Shown here one piece after another: positions 51,941 to 64,000 of a DNA stretch of 64,000 bases; position 1 is the first letter of the stretch, and each line of letters starts with the position of its first letter. The stretch spans positions 15,930,587-15,994,586 of the forward strand of contig CM120648.1 in NCBI GenBank assembly GCA_051362555.1, in the 5' to 3' direction. Source of the DNA: Lingula anatina (lineage: Eukaryota; Animalia; Brachiopoda). The position numbers and the translations under genes are program-made. Under the pieces are notes generated by a model. The model was not told the origin of the DNA, made no database searches, and saw only the letters and a program-made list of their open reading frames with translations.

Positions 51941-51998
51941 ACACACACACACACGGACACACACACACACACACACATACACACACGGACACACACGA

Positions 51999-52061
<63 letters not shown>

Positions 52062-52113
52062 CACACACACACACACACACACACACGGACACACACACAC
52101 ACACACATGGACA
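51941..52113. repeat. (CA)n microsatellite punctuated by GGA
   Basis: Direct inspection. Confidence 0.9.
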
Positions 52114-52331
52114 CAACACTCGAGTTAGTGGAATTTCACAGTTCTCTAAGGGGCATTTATTCGTTGGACTTCCCTTCAAAACTTGATCGTGATAATGGTT
52201 GAACCTTGGGTTGTTCTTCTATTTCGCCTTTTGTGGTTTTTGGAGGCAAAATAAAAGTAAAGAAATCTAAAAATTATTGCAATTCACTTGCATGGATTTA
52301 AAGTTGTGTGTTTGCTTATACTGACTTTTAA

Positions 52332-52920
52332 GCCACGGTCACAACCGGCCGTTTGGGCTCTTGCGTCCTGTTTGCTTCCAAATTTTGCGCAGAATCTTAC
52401 GTCCCACGCAAGGCCTTCTTACGAAATTTCGAGTTCGCAGAAAGCCCGCCACTTAAGTACGCACGGAGGATATCGGACATGTCAAAAAAACTACCAATTA
52501 TCTGCCAGGCCGCAAGTGTAACTTGCTCCATTAGCACGGAGTTTGCAAGGAGGTTAGTAAGTGAGACCAAGCGGTCCAAGAGGCTCGTCACAAGCAGTGA
52601 AGGAGCAAGTGCCATTTGCGTGTTGAATAAGGTGCAAGCGTCACAACTTAAGAAAAAAAAAACGAACACACGGAGTGCTCAAGGCACACGTTCGTGTTTT
52701 GCCAATGAACGTCGAGTATGCAACTTGCACTACAATTTTCAGAAAATTTGAATTTTGCTAAAATCAGCTTCCAATATGCCTACAAAAGGCAAGGGAAAAT
52801 AGCTTAGAGAGCTGAAAGAAGGGAGGAGGAAGTTGGAAGGGGAGAACAAATGGCAAAACTGACGTGCGCCGCCACAACGTCATTACAAGCGTGTCACGCA
52901 AGTATGACCGTGACAGTGGC
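52332..52920. mobile_element. Non-autonomous TIR element between TTAA sites; related fragment at ~24200-24415(-)
   Basis: TTAA|GCCACGGTCACA ... CGTGACAGTGGC|TTAA. Interior motifs (gaaatttcgagttcg, gcacggagtttg) shared with 24200-24415. Confidence 0.5.
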
Positions 52921-53701
52921 TTAAATGGGTGCTACAGTCGTAGAGATCGATTCTCAAGGAAGCCACACAGAGGATGTAAGGCAACTGTAATGAGACTGTT
53001 GGGGTTTTTAACGCGCTAAATTTTCAACCGGCAAACCGATATTTTCCCACATAATCTCAATGTCATAGGGGAAAAATATCCCTGCACGCAATATATAGTA
53101 AGATCGTCACAGCCTGTAACCTTGAAGTAGTGCTCAAACTTAATCAATCTTTATGAAATATTCACCAAAAACTCAACAGCAATCCTGAAACATATCTGGA
53201 AAATTTGGTGCCTGTTGTAACAGTACTTATTGATATATTGCAGAATAAAAACATAGTCCAATTTACTGTGTTACACCTGTAAATTACAACAAAAATGAGA
53301 GTAATTATGGTATATGAAGACCTGTGATTTTATGAAAAAGCTATATATCACTTCCAATTTTTTTACATGAACAACTTGTTCCTTTAGCTAATCAAAAAAA
53401 ATATTTCCACACACGTTTACCTACTATGACCATTTTATGGAAAGTTTTAAGCTCCCCACCCCCCTAAATACATAGATAAATGGATAAAAATGCTGATGCA
53501 TTATTCCAAACATCTAAGACCTAAAACCAACATTGCATACAAAAGACAAGGTGTCACTTCCTCACATGGAAAAAAAATTCCCAGGTTTACATCTGTGTAA
53601 ACACTTTCCCTGGGGAGTTGAAATCAGTAGGGGCTCTGGGCCAGGTGGCTAGGGACAGGGAGCTAACACAAACATCCTGCTGCCTGGCCTCCTGCTGCCC
53701 T

Positions 53702-53710
53702 GTATAAAAG
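53702..53710 (+). promoter_or_regulatory. Candidate TATA box of the transposase gene
   Basis: GTATAAAAG in a GC-richer context ~60 bp before ATG 53764. Confidence 0.35.
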
Positions 53711-53763
53711 AGACCCCAGCTCAGCCAAAAATCATACCAGCTCACAGAGTTAGTCTGAAGTCC

Positions 53764-55832
53764 ATGAGTGAAAAATGCTGTCATCTTAGAGGAGAAAAAA
53801 AATTAGAGTTGCCAGGAGACAGAATGCCTGGAAGAAAAAAGGCCAGAAAATGGTATTTTAAGCCAGGCAATACCTATGGGTCTCAGTACTGGCAAGGTGT
53901 CAGTGAAAAAAAAGCAGACCAGAGGAAAGAAGAAAGTCACCCCTTTACCAGACTGAGTGCTACTCAGTATGAAGACCTTGTGACAGTGAGGAGAGATGGC
54001 ACTCTCAGCCTCCATGATGTTGATGGAAATCCTGCTCCAGTGAGGTTGCTGAGACCAGTAAAACCAAAGGCCACAGTCCAGCAGCCTGAGTCTGATGGCA
54101 AGCCACCAGTCAGTGATGATGTCTACAAGCTACACCATCAGGGGAAGCTGCTGCAGTTTTTTAATGACTGCTTTCAAGAGCATGCAGAGACCAGTGCTGG
54201 TTGTGATGGCAGACTTGTCTTCGACCCAAACAAAGAGGAGAAGTGAGGACTGTGTTGGAAGGAGGAAATGAAGTGTGAGAAATGCAGCTATCACTCTAAA
54301 AAGACAAAACTGTACACAGAGGTGACAAGAGAAGGACCAGGGTGCAAGGCAGCAGTACCTAATGTAGCCATACAAGTTGGACTGTCCCAGACAATGATAT
54401 CAAATGTTGCATGCCGGCGAATTTTGATGTCAGCTCACATCCCTGTACCAGCAACAAGTGGGATGCAGAAACATACAAACAGTGTGCATGACAAGATAGT
54501 GGAAGCCAACAGAGGTGACATGGCCAGAAGGCGGGCTCAGCTGCATGAGAACAACCAAGTAATGGGCCTCCCCAGAGACGCACCCATCAGAGTAGAGGGA
54601 GATGGACGTTATAATAACCCCCTGTATTCAGGTGCAGGGAAAACTCCCTTCCAGGCAGGCACACAGGCAGTGTATACAGTAGTTGAAAATCAAACTAAGA
54701 GCAAACAGGTGATTGCTGTGGCAACAAAAAATAAACTCTGTACTACAGCACAAAGACTGAGAAACAAGGGGCAGCGTGTGACATGTCCAGATCACCATGG
54801 CCACTGCTCTGCTTCAGCACCTCCTAACTCCAGCATTGGCGATGAAGCTGACCTAGCCCAGGCATGTGTGTTGGAAATACAGCAGGACAACGAGCCAACA
54901 CATGTGAAGTACTGCATTCTGGATGGTGATTCACGTGCACTGAAGGGTTTCCAACCTACCTCAGAGACATCAACAAGTGATACCCCTCCGCTTCTACTAA
55001 AAGACACCCGTCACCTCAGTCTTGGACAGAAACGTGCACTGGCCAAAGTATCCTGGAGTTCTGGGATGTTTCCTAGACATCTGAAAATAGAGAAAGAAAA
55101 ACTGATAAACAGATTCAATGAGGATGTTAAGCGTCAGTGTGCTATGACATTGTCACTGTGTTATGATGCATGTGCTGGAGATGTGAACAAGATGATAAAA
55201 AAACTGACCTATGCCACTGATGCCATGATTGACTGTTACAATGGAAACCATGACTTATGCAAAAGAGGCAAGTCCTTCACATGTCAGGGCACAAAAAGAC
55301 ACCATTGGAACAAGCCCATGCTACCAGAAGGCTACAGGCTACATATGACTGATGAGGATAAAGATAAATTAAGACAATGTATTGGTTACAAATTGGACAG
55401 AAATGCAGTGCTCTCTCAGCAATTTAATAGTAACAGTCAAAAAGCAGAAGCAGTTAACCGCACCTATACATCAACAAACCCAAAATGTGTCACCATGACA
55501 AGGAATTTCAGTGGCAGGATACACAGTGCTGTCCACAAGGTGAACAATGGACCAGGTCAGTCTACAGTGCAGCTACTGGAACATGTTGGAGCCAGCCTTC
55601 CACACAATTCCCGTGTTCGATGCCAGCTGAAAAGTGAAGATGCACAAGTGAAAAAGAGAAAAGACTCTAAAAAGACTATTAAAAGCAAGCAAAACAGAAT
55701 AAAAACTGTTCTAAGAAACTATCAAATGTATGACTCTAGACCAGAAAAAGTTGTGTACAAAAAGGCATGCATGACAAGCTGCCACAGAAATCCATTAGAT
55801 GCCCTCCAGATCATAATTATAATAAAAAATAA
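53764..55832 (+). pseudogene. Kolobok-type ('Mutator-like' domain) DDE transposase with one nonsense codon and one 3' frameshift
   Basis: The 160-aa and 525-aa ORFs are in the same frame across TGA 54244-46 (K*GLCW..KCEKC). Motifs VEGDGRY, NKLC..C..H..C, DGDS, DTRH, QKAEAVN..PK..FSGRIHSAVH.VNNG. Restoring one A at ~55760 gives YKKGMHDKL..PDHNYNKK*. Confidence 0.8.
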
Positions 55833-55879
55833 TAATTTTATATAAACAACGTGGTTTGTTATTTATTTATTAAATTGTG

Positions 55880-56200
55880 TGGGGTTAATTTTACTTAAAA
55901 GTTGGGGTTAACTTTCGCGGTCACACTTAAAAGTTGGGGTTAACTTTCACAGCAGTCACACTTAAAAGTTGGGGTTAAAGTTAGGGTTAGGGTTAGACTT
56001 AGGGTTAGGGTTAGGGTTAAAGTTAGGGTTAGGGTTAGGGTTAGGGTTAAAGTTAGGGTTAGGGTTAGAGGGTTAGGGTTAGGGTTAGGGTTAGACTTAG
56101 GGTTAGGGTTAAAGTTAGGGTTAGGGTTAGACTTAGGGTTAAAGTTAGGGTTAGGGTTAGACTTAGGGTTAGGGTTAGGGTTAGTATTAGGGTTAGGGTT
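55880..56200 (+). repeat. Interstitial telomere-like array (TTAGGG with TTAAAG/TTAGAC variants), preceded by ~3 copies of acttaaaagttggggttaa
   Basis: Direct inspection. Confidence 0.92.
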
Positions 56201-56584
56201 TGAGCTAGTTTTAAAAATGGGATAAATATTCTCCTACCGGCAGCTCTCTATCTTGTTAGTATTCTGTCATTGTAATGACCTATTTTTAGGGTTACACTTG
56301 CCACACAAGGGTAGAAACCACCAAATAATTTCCCTTTGACAACTATACAAAGAAATGCCTGCAAAACTGCATGAATAAAAACATTTCCCATCCCCATGGA
56401 CGGCAGACACACTGACATAACTCCCAATGGCACAAAATTATACTGTCACCAGACATTATTTCTTACCGGCATTACTTGAACATGTGACCCTTCTGTTTGT
56501 AAGCAAACCACTGCACTGCTCACATGTAGTAGCTCCCTCCGCCAGAGGTCACACGCTGCACCACAACTATGCAGTGGACGTTTA

Positions 56585-59129
56585 AAATGGCTAAGACTAC
56601 TCACAGCTAAAACCGCCAATTTGTTATCCGCTTTGGCTCTCAACGTGCCCTATAGCGTCACAGGTGAAATCAAACGTAAACTCAGTGTAAAACAAAATGA
56701 AAATAACAGCATCTGAAATTATCTCACTAAAAATGTTTGGCTATTACGTAAGATTGTCACCTAAATGGCTGACTTTTGGGTGCCTTGAGGCCAGTGAAAG
56801 GGAGTCTCCCCCCGGACGAATTACCTGTAACAACCCGGTAAAGTGGTTCAGTAAGCAATAGCGGCTTTAGAGGGTGTCTGGGGGGTCCTGACCCCCCTTC
56901 GATTTCTGAAAAAAAATCAAATCAATGGTCCCCTCTTGAAATTATAATTTGGGCAAGCTGAATCAAAGTTTTAAACCGTACCAAGTGGCACCGTTCGCCC
57001 TGTAAAATGCCATTTTTTCCGTCCCCGGGCCCCAAACCAAGAATGGGGGGGTCGAGTTTGCATCCGCGGACCCCCCCCCCCCTTCAAAAATTCCTGCATC
57101 CGCCATTTGGATAGAATAAATTCTTATGCGAGACCCATTAATTGATATTTTGTAGAGGCTAAGAGGCTAAGCTTGGTTCTCATATTGAGGCACGACGTTT
57201 TATTCGTGTGCTTCGTCATGCACACAAACACGCACAAACACACGCGCATCTTATTCACCATCTTGACCGAGAAGTAGATTTTTTAGTCCAATTGGTCGTG
57301 ACGTCATTTCCGTTTCTCCCCACTGGGTCTTTTTGAAGCGATAAGAGCATTAATTGATCTCTAAAGGGACGTTTTATACACAGGCGTTGTCTATATTTTT
57401 TTGATTACTTTTTAACGTCCACTTAATTTACACTTTTTTTCAGTGTGATGTCGCTATACCTAACCAACAACCAGAAATTAAGTGGGAACATTTTCGCTCG
57501 TCAAGTAAAGAGAGGGTGACTAAGAAACCAATGTTGATTGGGTAATTTTAAAATTATGAATTTGATTGATTTATTAATAATAAGATAGGAGGAGAGATTA
57601 ATCCAGGACACAGGATATGTGTATTTTTGTGCACCACATTGCTGTGCCTCTATATGCACCCAAAGCAGTAAGGGCACTATAAGAGTTTACTTAAAACTTT
57701 TTCACATTCTTTTTTCTGAGCAGCGTTGCAACTGCTGGATTCACCGATCACCGATAAATTAATGAATTTATTAATAATTAATTAAATAATTAACGAATTA
57801 AGGAGGTTGGTGAGGATTTTGAAATGATGTGTATAAAAATTCTTTTATTGAGAAGAATGTCTCGAGTTCATTTGCTTTAAAAACAAAGGTTCTGGACATA
57901 TCTGTGCCCAAACTTGAAACAGGAAGTCTCAAAGGGCAGCTGGACGGTGACCTGGCTTGCGGGTGACCAACTCTCAAGCGCCATGTTAAAGGTACCGAAA
58001 CTACTCTTAGTTTCACGTAAGTTGTAAACTTCTGATGATTCTAATTAGTTTGATATTACATGTGAGTTACACGTATAAGAGAAGTTTTAAAAGCTTTTGT
58101 CTGCTCCCATCATACCACGATGTCTTTTCCATTTCACTGTCTATTTAATAAATTTTACTTATTTGTTCGTTCAGGCTCAAGATTTTTCAGAAAAAGACCC
58201 CCCCCTTTTGAAATTTCTGGCAACGGGCCTGTCGTTTGTTTATTTTGTTAACTGTAGAGACAAAGGACAAGAACGCAATAATTCAAGCAATTTAAGACAT
58301 TTAATGAAGCAAGAGTGACATATCAAAGCGGATCAAAAAAAAAACAAAACATTCTAGCATCATTCATGCCTTCGAGTAGCATTCAGGCAACAATTATGAT
58401 AAAGATCTGCTAACAATCATGAGGTAGTTGTGCGGCATTTAATCTACAGTCAAAGTATCGCCACTTGTCCAGTGCAGTCATTGCATTAACGGCATTTTCA
58501 TAATCAGCAAATTTTCTTCTTCTTTGTATAAAATCTGTCATTTCCGTAGACTGAAAATTCTTAAAATATCTATTGCTATGGCTAAGGATTTCTTTGCCTT
58601 TGTGAAAATAGTCATGATAAAAGTTGAGAAAAATTAAAGTCAAAGTATCACCACTTGTGATTGCATTAAAGGCATCTTCTTAATTTTCTTCTTCTTTAAA
58701 TAAAATCTGCCATTTCCGTAGACTGAAATTTATTCTTAAAATATATTTTGCTATGGCTATGTATTTATTTGCCTTTGTGAAAATAGTCATGATAAAAGTT
58801 GAGAAAAATCAAATACTACACACTCTATACCATGTGGCAAGCTATCAAACGTTCAATACCTTTAGCAAGATCCCTTTAACCATCCATCTATCTGTATCAT
58901 AATGCACTGTTTTAGAGAATTTAAAACTGAAGGCTTACAACACATATATCACAACAGCTGAACATAAAAGAGCTGCGCGAAGCAAACTCATCTTCAAGTC
59001 GTCAAATCATTTCCAGGCATTTGCGCTTTTTTGAAAGATGTTGTTAACACTTTTGCATTAAGTTTTTGTGTAACGTTATATTAATTTCAAGTCTATGAGA
59101 ACCAAAGGCAAATAACTACGGAAAATCTT
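56585..59129 (+). repeat. ~2.5-kb direct repeat copy 2, cut by the L1 insertion
   Basis: Identity with copy 1 stops exactly at the poly(T) of the LINE (gaaaatctt|tttt vs gaaaatctt|gccaag). Confidence 0.95.
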
Positions 59130-62100
59130 TTTTTTTTTTTTTTTTTTATTCACAAAAAAGACAAACAAAAATACATCTGTAGACACACACACTAACACAC
59201 ACACACACAATAACACACACAAGACATTCATTATACATTAAGTAAACATGTAGATAGCCGGACTACGTACGAAACAGTATATTACAAGTGATGCTGCACA
59301 TAACAAGATACCAACATTTTACATTTCACATAAGACATTAGCGAAAAAGTAAAGTAAATTTATAAGTGGAGAAACTAGTCAAAAATAGAATCCCAGGTTT
59401 TCCACTCTGTAAGAAAATGGCCTAATTGAAGATTTTTTTGAGAAACATATTTTTCTAATTCGAATTTTGTTTTGATATATAAGAGAAGGGAAGGGAAGGT
59501 CGGCTGCATTTTTCTTTTAAAACAAGTATATATATAAAATTTGGAGACAAGAATAATGTAATTTAGAGGCTTGAAATTTGTTTTGGATACTCCAAAAAGT
59601 ATATTTTCATCATAGAGTGTAATTCTTTCATCAGTTTTGTTAGCAATCAAGCGTTCCATTTCAGTCCAAATGTTTCTTATTCGATAGCAATTTAAAAAAT
59701 ACATGTCGCAAATCTTCCCTCTCCGCTCCACAGATAAAGCATTTCTCTGACACCTCAATACCGATTCTTTTCAGGTATGACCTAACTGGTAAGATTCTAA
59801 AAATTATTCTGTATTGGAACCATTGAAGTTTTGTTTCTCGTGTAACATAGAAACAATTCTCGTAAACATACTTCCAAGTGATATTTATATTTAGATCTAG
59901 GTTCCATTTCCTTTCGTGTACCAAGTTTTCAGGAGCTTCACTCATGAGAACCTGATAGAAATCTTTACACCCATTTCGACTCTTTATAAGTAGCTGAACC
60001 GGCTGAGGAACATAAGGAAATGAAATATCTTCAAAAATTTCTTCATTATTCTTTTCTTTTAGCCTACATTTTAAACTGTTACGTATTCCAAAATATTTTA
60101 GATCACATACTCTTTGAAATCCAAATTTCCTTTCCAGTTCAGCTTTGGTTAAAAATTTTCCTTCGTTGAAAAGATCGCCAATTATTCTTATACCCTTATT
60201 GTACCATTCTTTGTCCAATATTGATACCCCACCCAATTTTACTTTTCTATTATACCACAGAGGTTCAAGAGCAATATTGCTATTCATATCTTCTATACCG
60301 TATGTTAAATCTTTCCAGGAGATAATGACATCTTTCCAAAACCTGTTATTGCAATTGCGTAAGAGTATATCTAAATAATCATTTCCATAGTCAAATATAT
60401 TCCAAATAGATTGTAAATCAAAGGTGCTCTGGAGAATAGTGTTATAAACGTTATTTTTAAGGTATAGTCTTCTTATCCATGTACATTTTAATGCCGTTAT
60501 GAATTTACTTAAGTCTGTCATTTTTAGACCACCATATTCATAATCCTTTACTATCTGACCTCTCTTTACCTTATCAATTTTGCTACCCCAAATGAATTGG
60601 AAAAAAAATGGAACTTAGTTTTTTTATGAGTACTGGATCTGGATTTGGCAGAGAAATGAAAAGATGGTTCAGCATTGGGATGATAAGGGTTTTTAAGATA
60701 GTAATTCTACCAATAGGGGTAAGTATTCTTCTATTCCAATGCCGAATCATACCCTCTATCTTCGGGATTTGTTTATCAAAGTTTAAAGTGACCATATCGT
60801 TTAAATTTACCGAGAATTCTATACCTAAGAGATTAAATTGAGTCGAACCCCAATCAAGTTTCCATCTAACGTGGTGAAAAACTTCCCGACTATATTTTCT
60901 TGAGCCAATCCACACTGGTTTAGTCTTGCTATTGTTGATATGGAGACCTGAAATTTTTGAGAAATAGTCTAATGTACGGAAAGATTCTAAGAAAGAAGAC
61001 CTATTACCATCTAATATAAGGGTGGTGTCATCAGCATACTGGGTTATTTTAAATTCGGTGTCACCAAGTTTTATTCCGCAAATATCTTTATTATTCTTTA
61101 TCATGATTGCGAGAATCTCAGCACAAAGCAGAAAGATATAGGGAGACAAGGGGTCCCCTTGACGACAGCCCCTCGAAATTTTGAAAGGCTCCGACAAGTG
61201 GCCGTTTTGTGTAACAGAGGCCTTGCTATCGTAATTAAGGATATGAAACCACCTTTTTATAGTTTCCCCAAAATTAAAAAAGTCTAAAACTTTATCAATA
61301 AAGCCCCAATCTACAGAATCAAAGGCCTTTTCAAAATCGATAAGAATGAGTAAAGCAGGAATATTTTTCTTTTCTGCGATATGCATTAGATCATAAATTA
61401 ATCTTGTATTTTCCCCAATATATCTTCCGGCAATAAACCCGGACTGAGAATTAGAAATAATTTTATCAAGATAGAGTTTCATTCTTTCCGCTATGCAGCC
61501 CGAGATCATCTTGTAAATAACATTTAAAAGGGTTATAGGCCTCCAATTTTTTATAAATTTTCTGATTTTATCGGCTTTTGGAATACAGGTTATAATCCCA
61601 AGATTTTGACTCGCCATCATTTTCTCATTGATGAAAATTTCATTAACTGCTCTAATTATAAAACTATGTAAATCATTCCAAAAAAATTTATAAAACTCTG
61701 CAGTAAAGCCATCAGATCCAGGCGATTTGTTATTTTTCATTTTTTTCAGCACCCTCAAAAGTTCCTTTGAGGTAATTTCGGTTTGTAAATATTCCTTATC
61801 AGGCTCGCTTAATTTGGGGACATCTAAATTTGCAAAAAATAATTCTAGGTCTACCTCTTCTAATTGATTAGTTTTTGACGAGTAAAGGCGTTCATAAAAT
61901 AACTTTGCTTCATTTAGTATAAGTTTTTGATCAAATATTGTTGTTCCGTCTGGTAGTTCTAAATTCTGAATAGTTTTATTGACATAATTTCTGGATTCAA
62001 GTGAACAAAAATATTTCGTAGGCTTCTCTCCTTCCTCAATCCATCTGCATTTTGCTCGGACGAGGACTCCTTTTAGTTTTTCTTGTCTGATATTTTTCAA

Positions 62101-62373
62101 CGCCTCCCTCTTAGCCTCAAGTTCGTCCAAAGAATTTTCATTTGGGTGGTTCATTTCCATTACATAAATTTCTCTTTCTAGTTCTAATTCTTGCCTGTCC
62201 CTTTGTTTTTTCTTGAAAGAGGAATGGGAAATTGTCATTCCTCTAATTTCCATTAAAAGCATTTCTAAAAATAAGGAGTCATCAATAGTGAAAGATATTT
62301 GTTCGTTTGGAATTTCTGTAATATTTTCTTCGGCGTACACCGGAACTGCATATTGAACTTTTGTTCTCTTAAT
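59128..62373 (-). mobile_element. L1/Tx1-clade LINE (3' part), interrupted by a Tc1 foldback
   Basis: Poly(A) at 59128-59147 on the - strand; ORF2 motifs below; empty site at ~48992. Confidence 0.95.
59375..62373 (-). CDS. L1/Tx1 ORF2 (RT + C-terminal zinc finger) with two +1 homopolymer frameshifts
   Basis: KSPGSDGFTAEFYK, WRPITLLN, IDFEKAFDSV, GCRQGDPLSP, QYADD, CFICG..EDLRHVFLNC. Shifts fall in A8 (60601-08) and A6 (59694-99). Confidence 0.88.
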
Positions 62374-62375
62374 TA

Positions 62376-64000
62376 CACTCTTGCCCAAAATGGTTGGTAC
62401 ACGGAAATTTTGGGAGGCATATTGCCCTGTTTCATTCATTATTATTGTTATTATCAAATTAATACTATTTATATTGTTAAATATGTGAAGCTGGAGGATT
62501 GGTAAAGTCAAGGAGAAACAAACAATGCAAATGTGAAAAAAGCGTAAATTTATTTAGGGTATTTTTTCTCATGCCCCCAAAAAGAGTACTTTTTTGCATA
62601 ACAGTACCAAGTGAAAAATTAAACATAAATTTATACTGTGATTGACAATTAATATGAAATTAGGGGAAATTGTCAAGAAACATCTTCAGAGTTCATTATT
62701 AATCTAAATAGCGGGCATGCCAACCCCGAGCTTGGATTATGGCCGCCAGACGGCGTGGCATACTGTGAACTAGAGTTACAGCTCTTTGAAGAGGAATTCT
62801 GGTCCATTCATCTTGCAGGGCATCTCGCAGTTCATCTAGATTTGCAGGGGGCACGTTTCTCCTCTGAATGGCACGACCAAGTTCGTCCCACATGTGCTCA
62901 ATTGGGTTTGCACCTGGGCTTCTTGCTGGCTGTGGCATCGGCTGAATGTTGTTTTTTCGAATATAGTCAGCAATTGAGCGGTCTGTTTGGGGAGTTGGAT
63001 TGTCATGTTGCAATCTAAACTTGTCTCTGTATATTCCTCTTGCGAACGGCTCCAGGTACTGCTGGAGAATGTCTCTGTATCTGGCAGCGTTAAGGTTTTC
63101 ATCCAGAGGAAGCAATGGGCAAATACCGTTGCTGCAAATGGCACCCCAAACATATACAGAACCACCTCCTCCAGCTATGAGAGTACGTAGGCTCCCTGGG
63201 GAGAGGCTGTTAAATGAAAATATCCAGGAAACAATAGCTGGAGGAGGTGGTTCTGTACATGTATGGGGTGCCATTCGCAGCAACGGTATATGCCCATTGC
63301 TTCCCCTGGATGAAAACCTTAACGCTGCCAGATACAGAGACATTCTCCAGCAGAACCTGGAGCCGTTCGCAAGACGGATATACAGAGACAAGTTAAGATT
63401 GCAACACGACAATCCAACTCCTCAAACAGTCCGCTTAATTGCAGACTTTATCCTACAAAACAACATTCAGCTGATGCCACAGCCAGCAAGAAGCCCAGAT
63501 GCAAACTCAATTGAGCACATGTGGGACGAACTTGGTCGTGCTATTCAGAGGAGAAACCTTCCCCCTGCAAATCTAGATGAACTGCGAGTTGCCCTTCAAG
63601 ATGAATGGACCAGAATTCCTCTCCAAAGAGCTGTAACTCTAGTTCACAGTATGCCACGCCGTCTGGCGGCCAGTATCCAAGCTCGGGGTGGGCATGCCCG
63701 CTATTTAGATTAATAATGAACTCTGAAGATGATTCTTGACAATCCCCCCTAATTTCATATTAATTGTCAATCACAGTATAAATTTATGTTTAATTTTTCA
63801 CTTGGTACTGTTATGCAAAAAAAGTACTCTTTTTGGGGGCATGAGAAAAAATACCCTAAATAAATTTACGCTTTTTTCACATTTGCATTGTTTGTTTCTC
63901 CTTGACTTTACCAATCCTCCAGCATCACATATTTAACAATATAAACAGTATTAATTTGATAATATCAATAATAATGAAAGAAACAGGGCGATACGCCTCC
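62376..64000. mobile_element. Foldback element made of two inverted 3' halves of a Tc1 (DD34E) transposon; right end just beyond the window
   Basis: Starts TA|CACTCTTGCCCAAAATGG inside L1 ORF2. 62413-63178 is the reverse complement of 63234-64000. Both arms encode GGGSVxVWG..QHDN..SPxANxIEHMW..SMPRRL. Confidence 0.93.

Noticed and set aside
51756-52202. His/Thr- and Cys/Val-rich ORFs
   Set aside because: Translations of the (CA)n microsatellite.
54244-54246. In-frame TGA as selenocysteine or recoding
   Set aside because: Best explained by a TGG-to-TGA mutation in a transposase; no SECIS evidence.
55880-55980. CRISPR-like repeat-spacer pattern
   Set aside because: Only ~3 units with tiny related spacers, eukaryotic context, no cas genes.
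56250-56580. His-Me finger nuclease expected of KolobokP
   Set aside because: Minus-strand translations show no such motif; only a weak exon-like block (TTCEQCSG..G|GTAAGA).
62374-62511. N-terminal ~46 aa of the 642-aa L1 ORF
   Set aside because: Read-through from the inserted Tc1 terminus, not L1 sequence.
62699-63713. Two overlapping 237-aa ORFs as functional genes
   Set aside because: Each is antisense of one arm fused to sense of the other; a by-product of the palindrome, lacking the DNA-binding domain and first catalytic Asp.

Overview
AT-rich, microsatellite-rich, intron-containing animal genomic DNA with TTAGGG repeats, most consistent with a marine invertebrate such as a mollusc or other lophotrochozoan (inference). 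The left two-thirds is a tandemly duplicated cassette (about 1-11.2 kb and 30.4-43.1 kb, plus partial copies). Each cassette carries a spliced inhibitor-of-apoptosis gene (single BIR, UBA-like, C-terminal RING) and a convergent orphan 192-aa gene. Both IAP copies have an upstream exon, missed by the ORF track, that splices in frame and encodes a signal-peptide/anchor-like segment. The right third holds a second direct duplication (46.5-49.0 kb / 56.6-59.1 kb). Between its copies lie filamin-like exons, a Kolobok-type transposase and an interstitial telomere-like array. The window ends in a young L1/Tx1 LINE interrupted by a ~1.6 kb foldback built from two inverted Tc1 3' halves. Other elements: RTEX, RTE and L2 fragments, a Penelope element with an inverted pLTR and a hammerhead motif, Tc1 and pogo-type elements, and many MITEs, several with filled/empty site pairs between paralogous copies. 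All alignments and identities were judged by eye.
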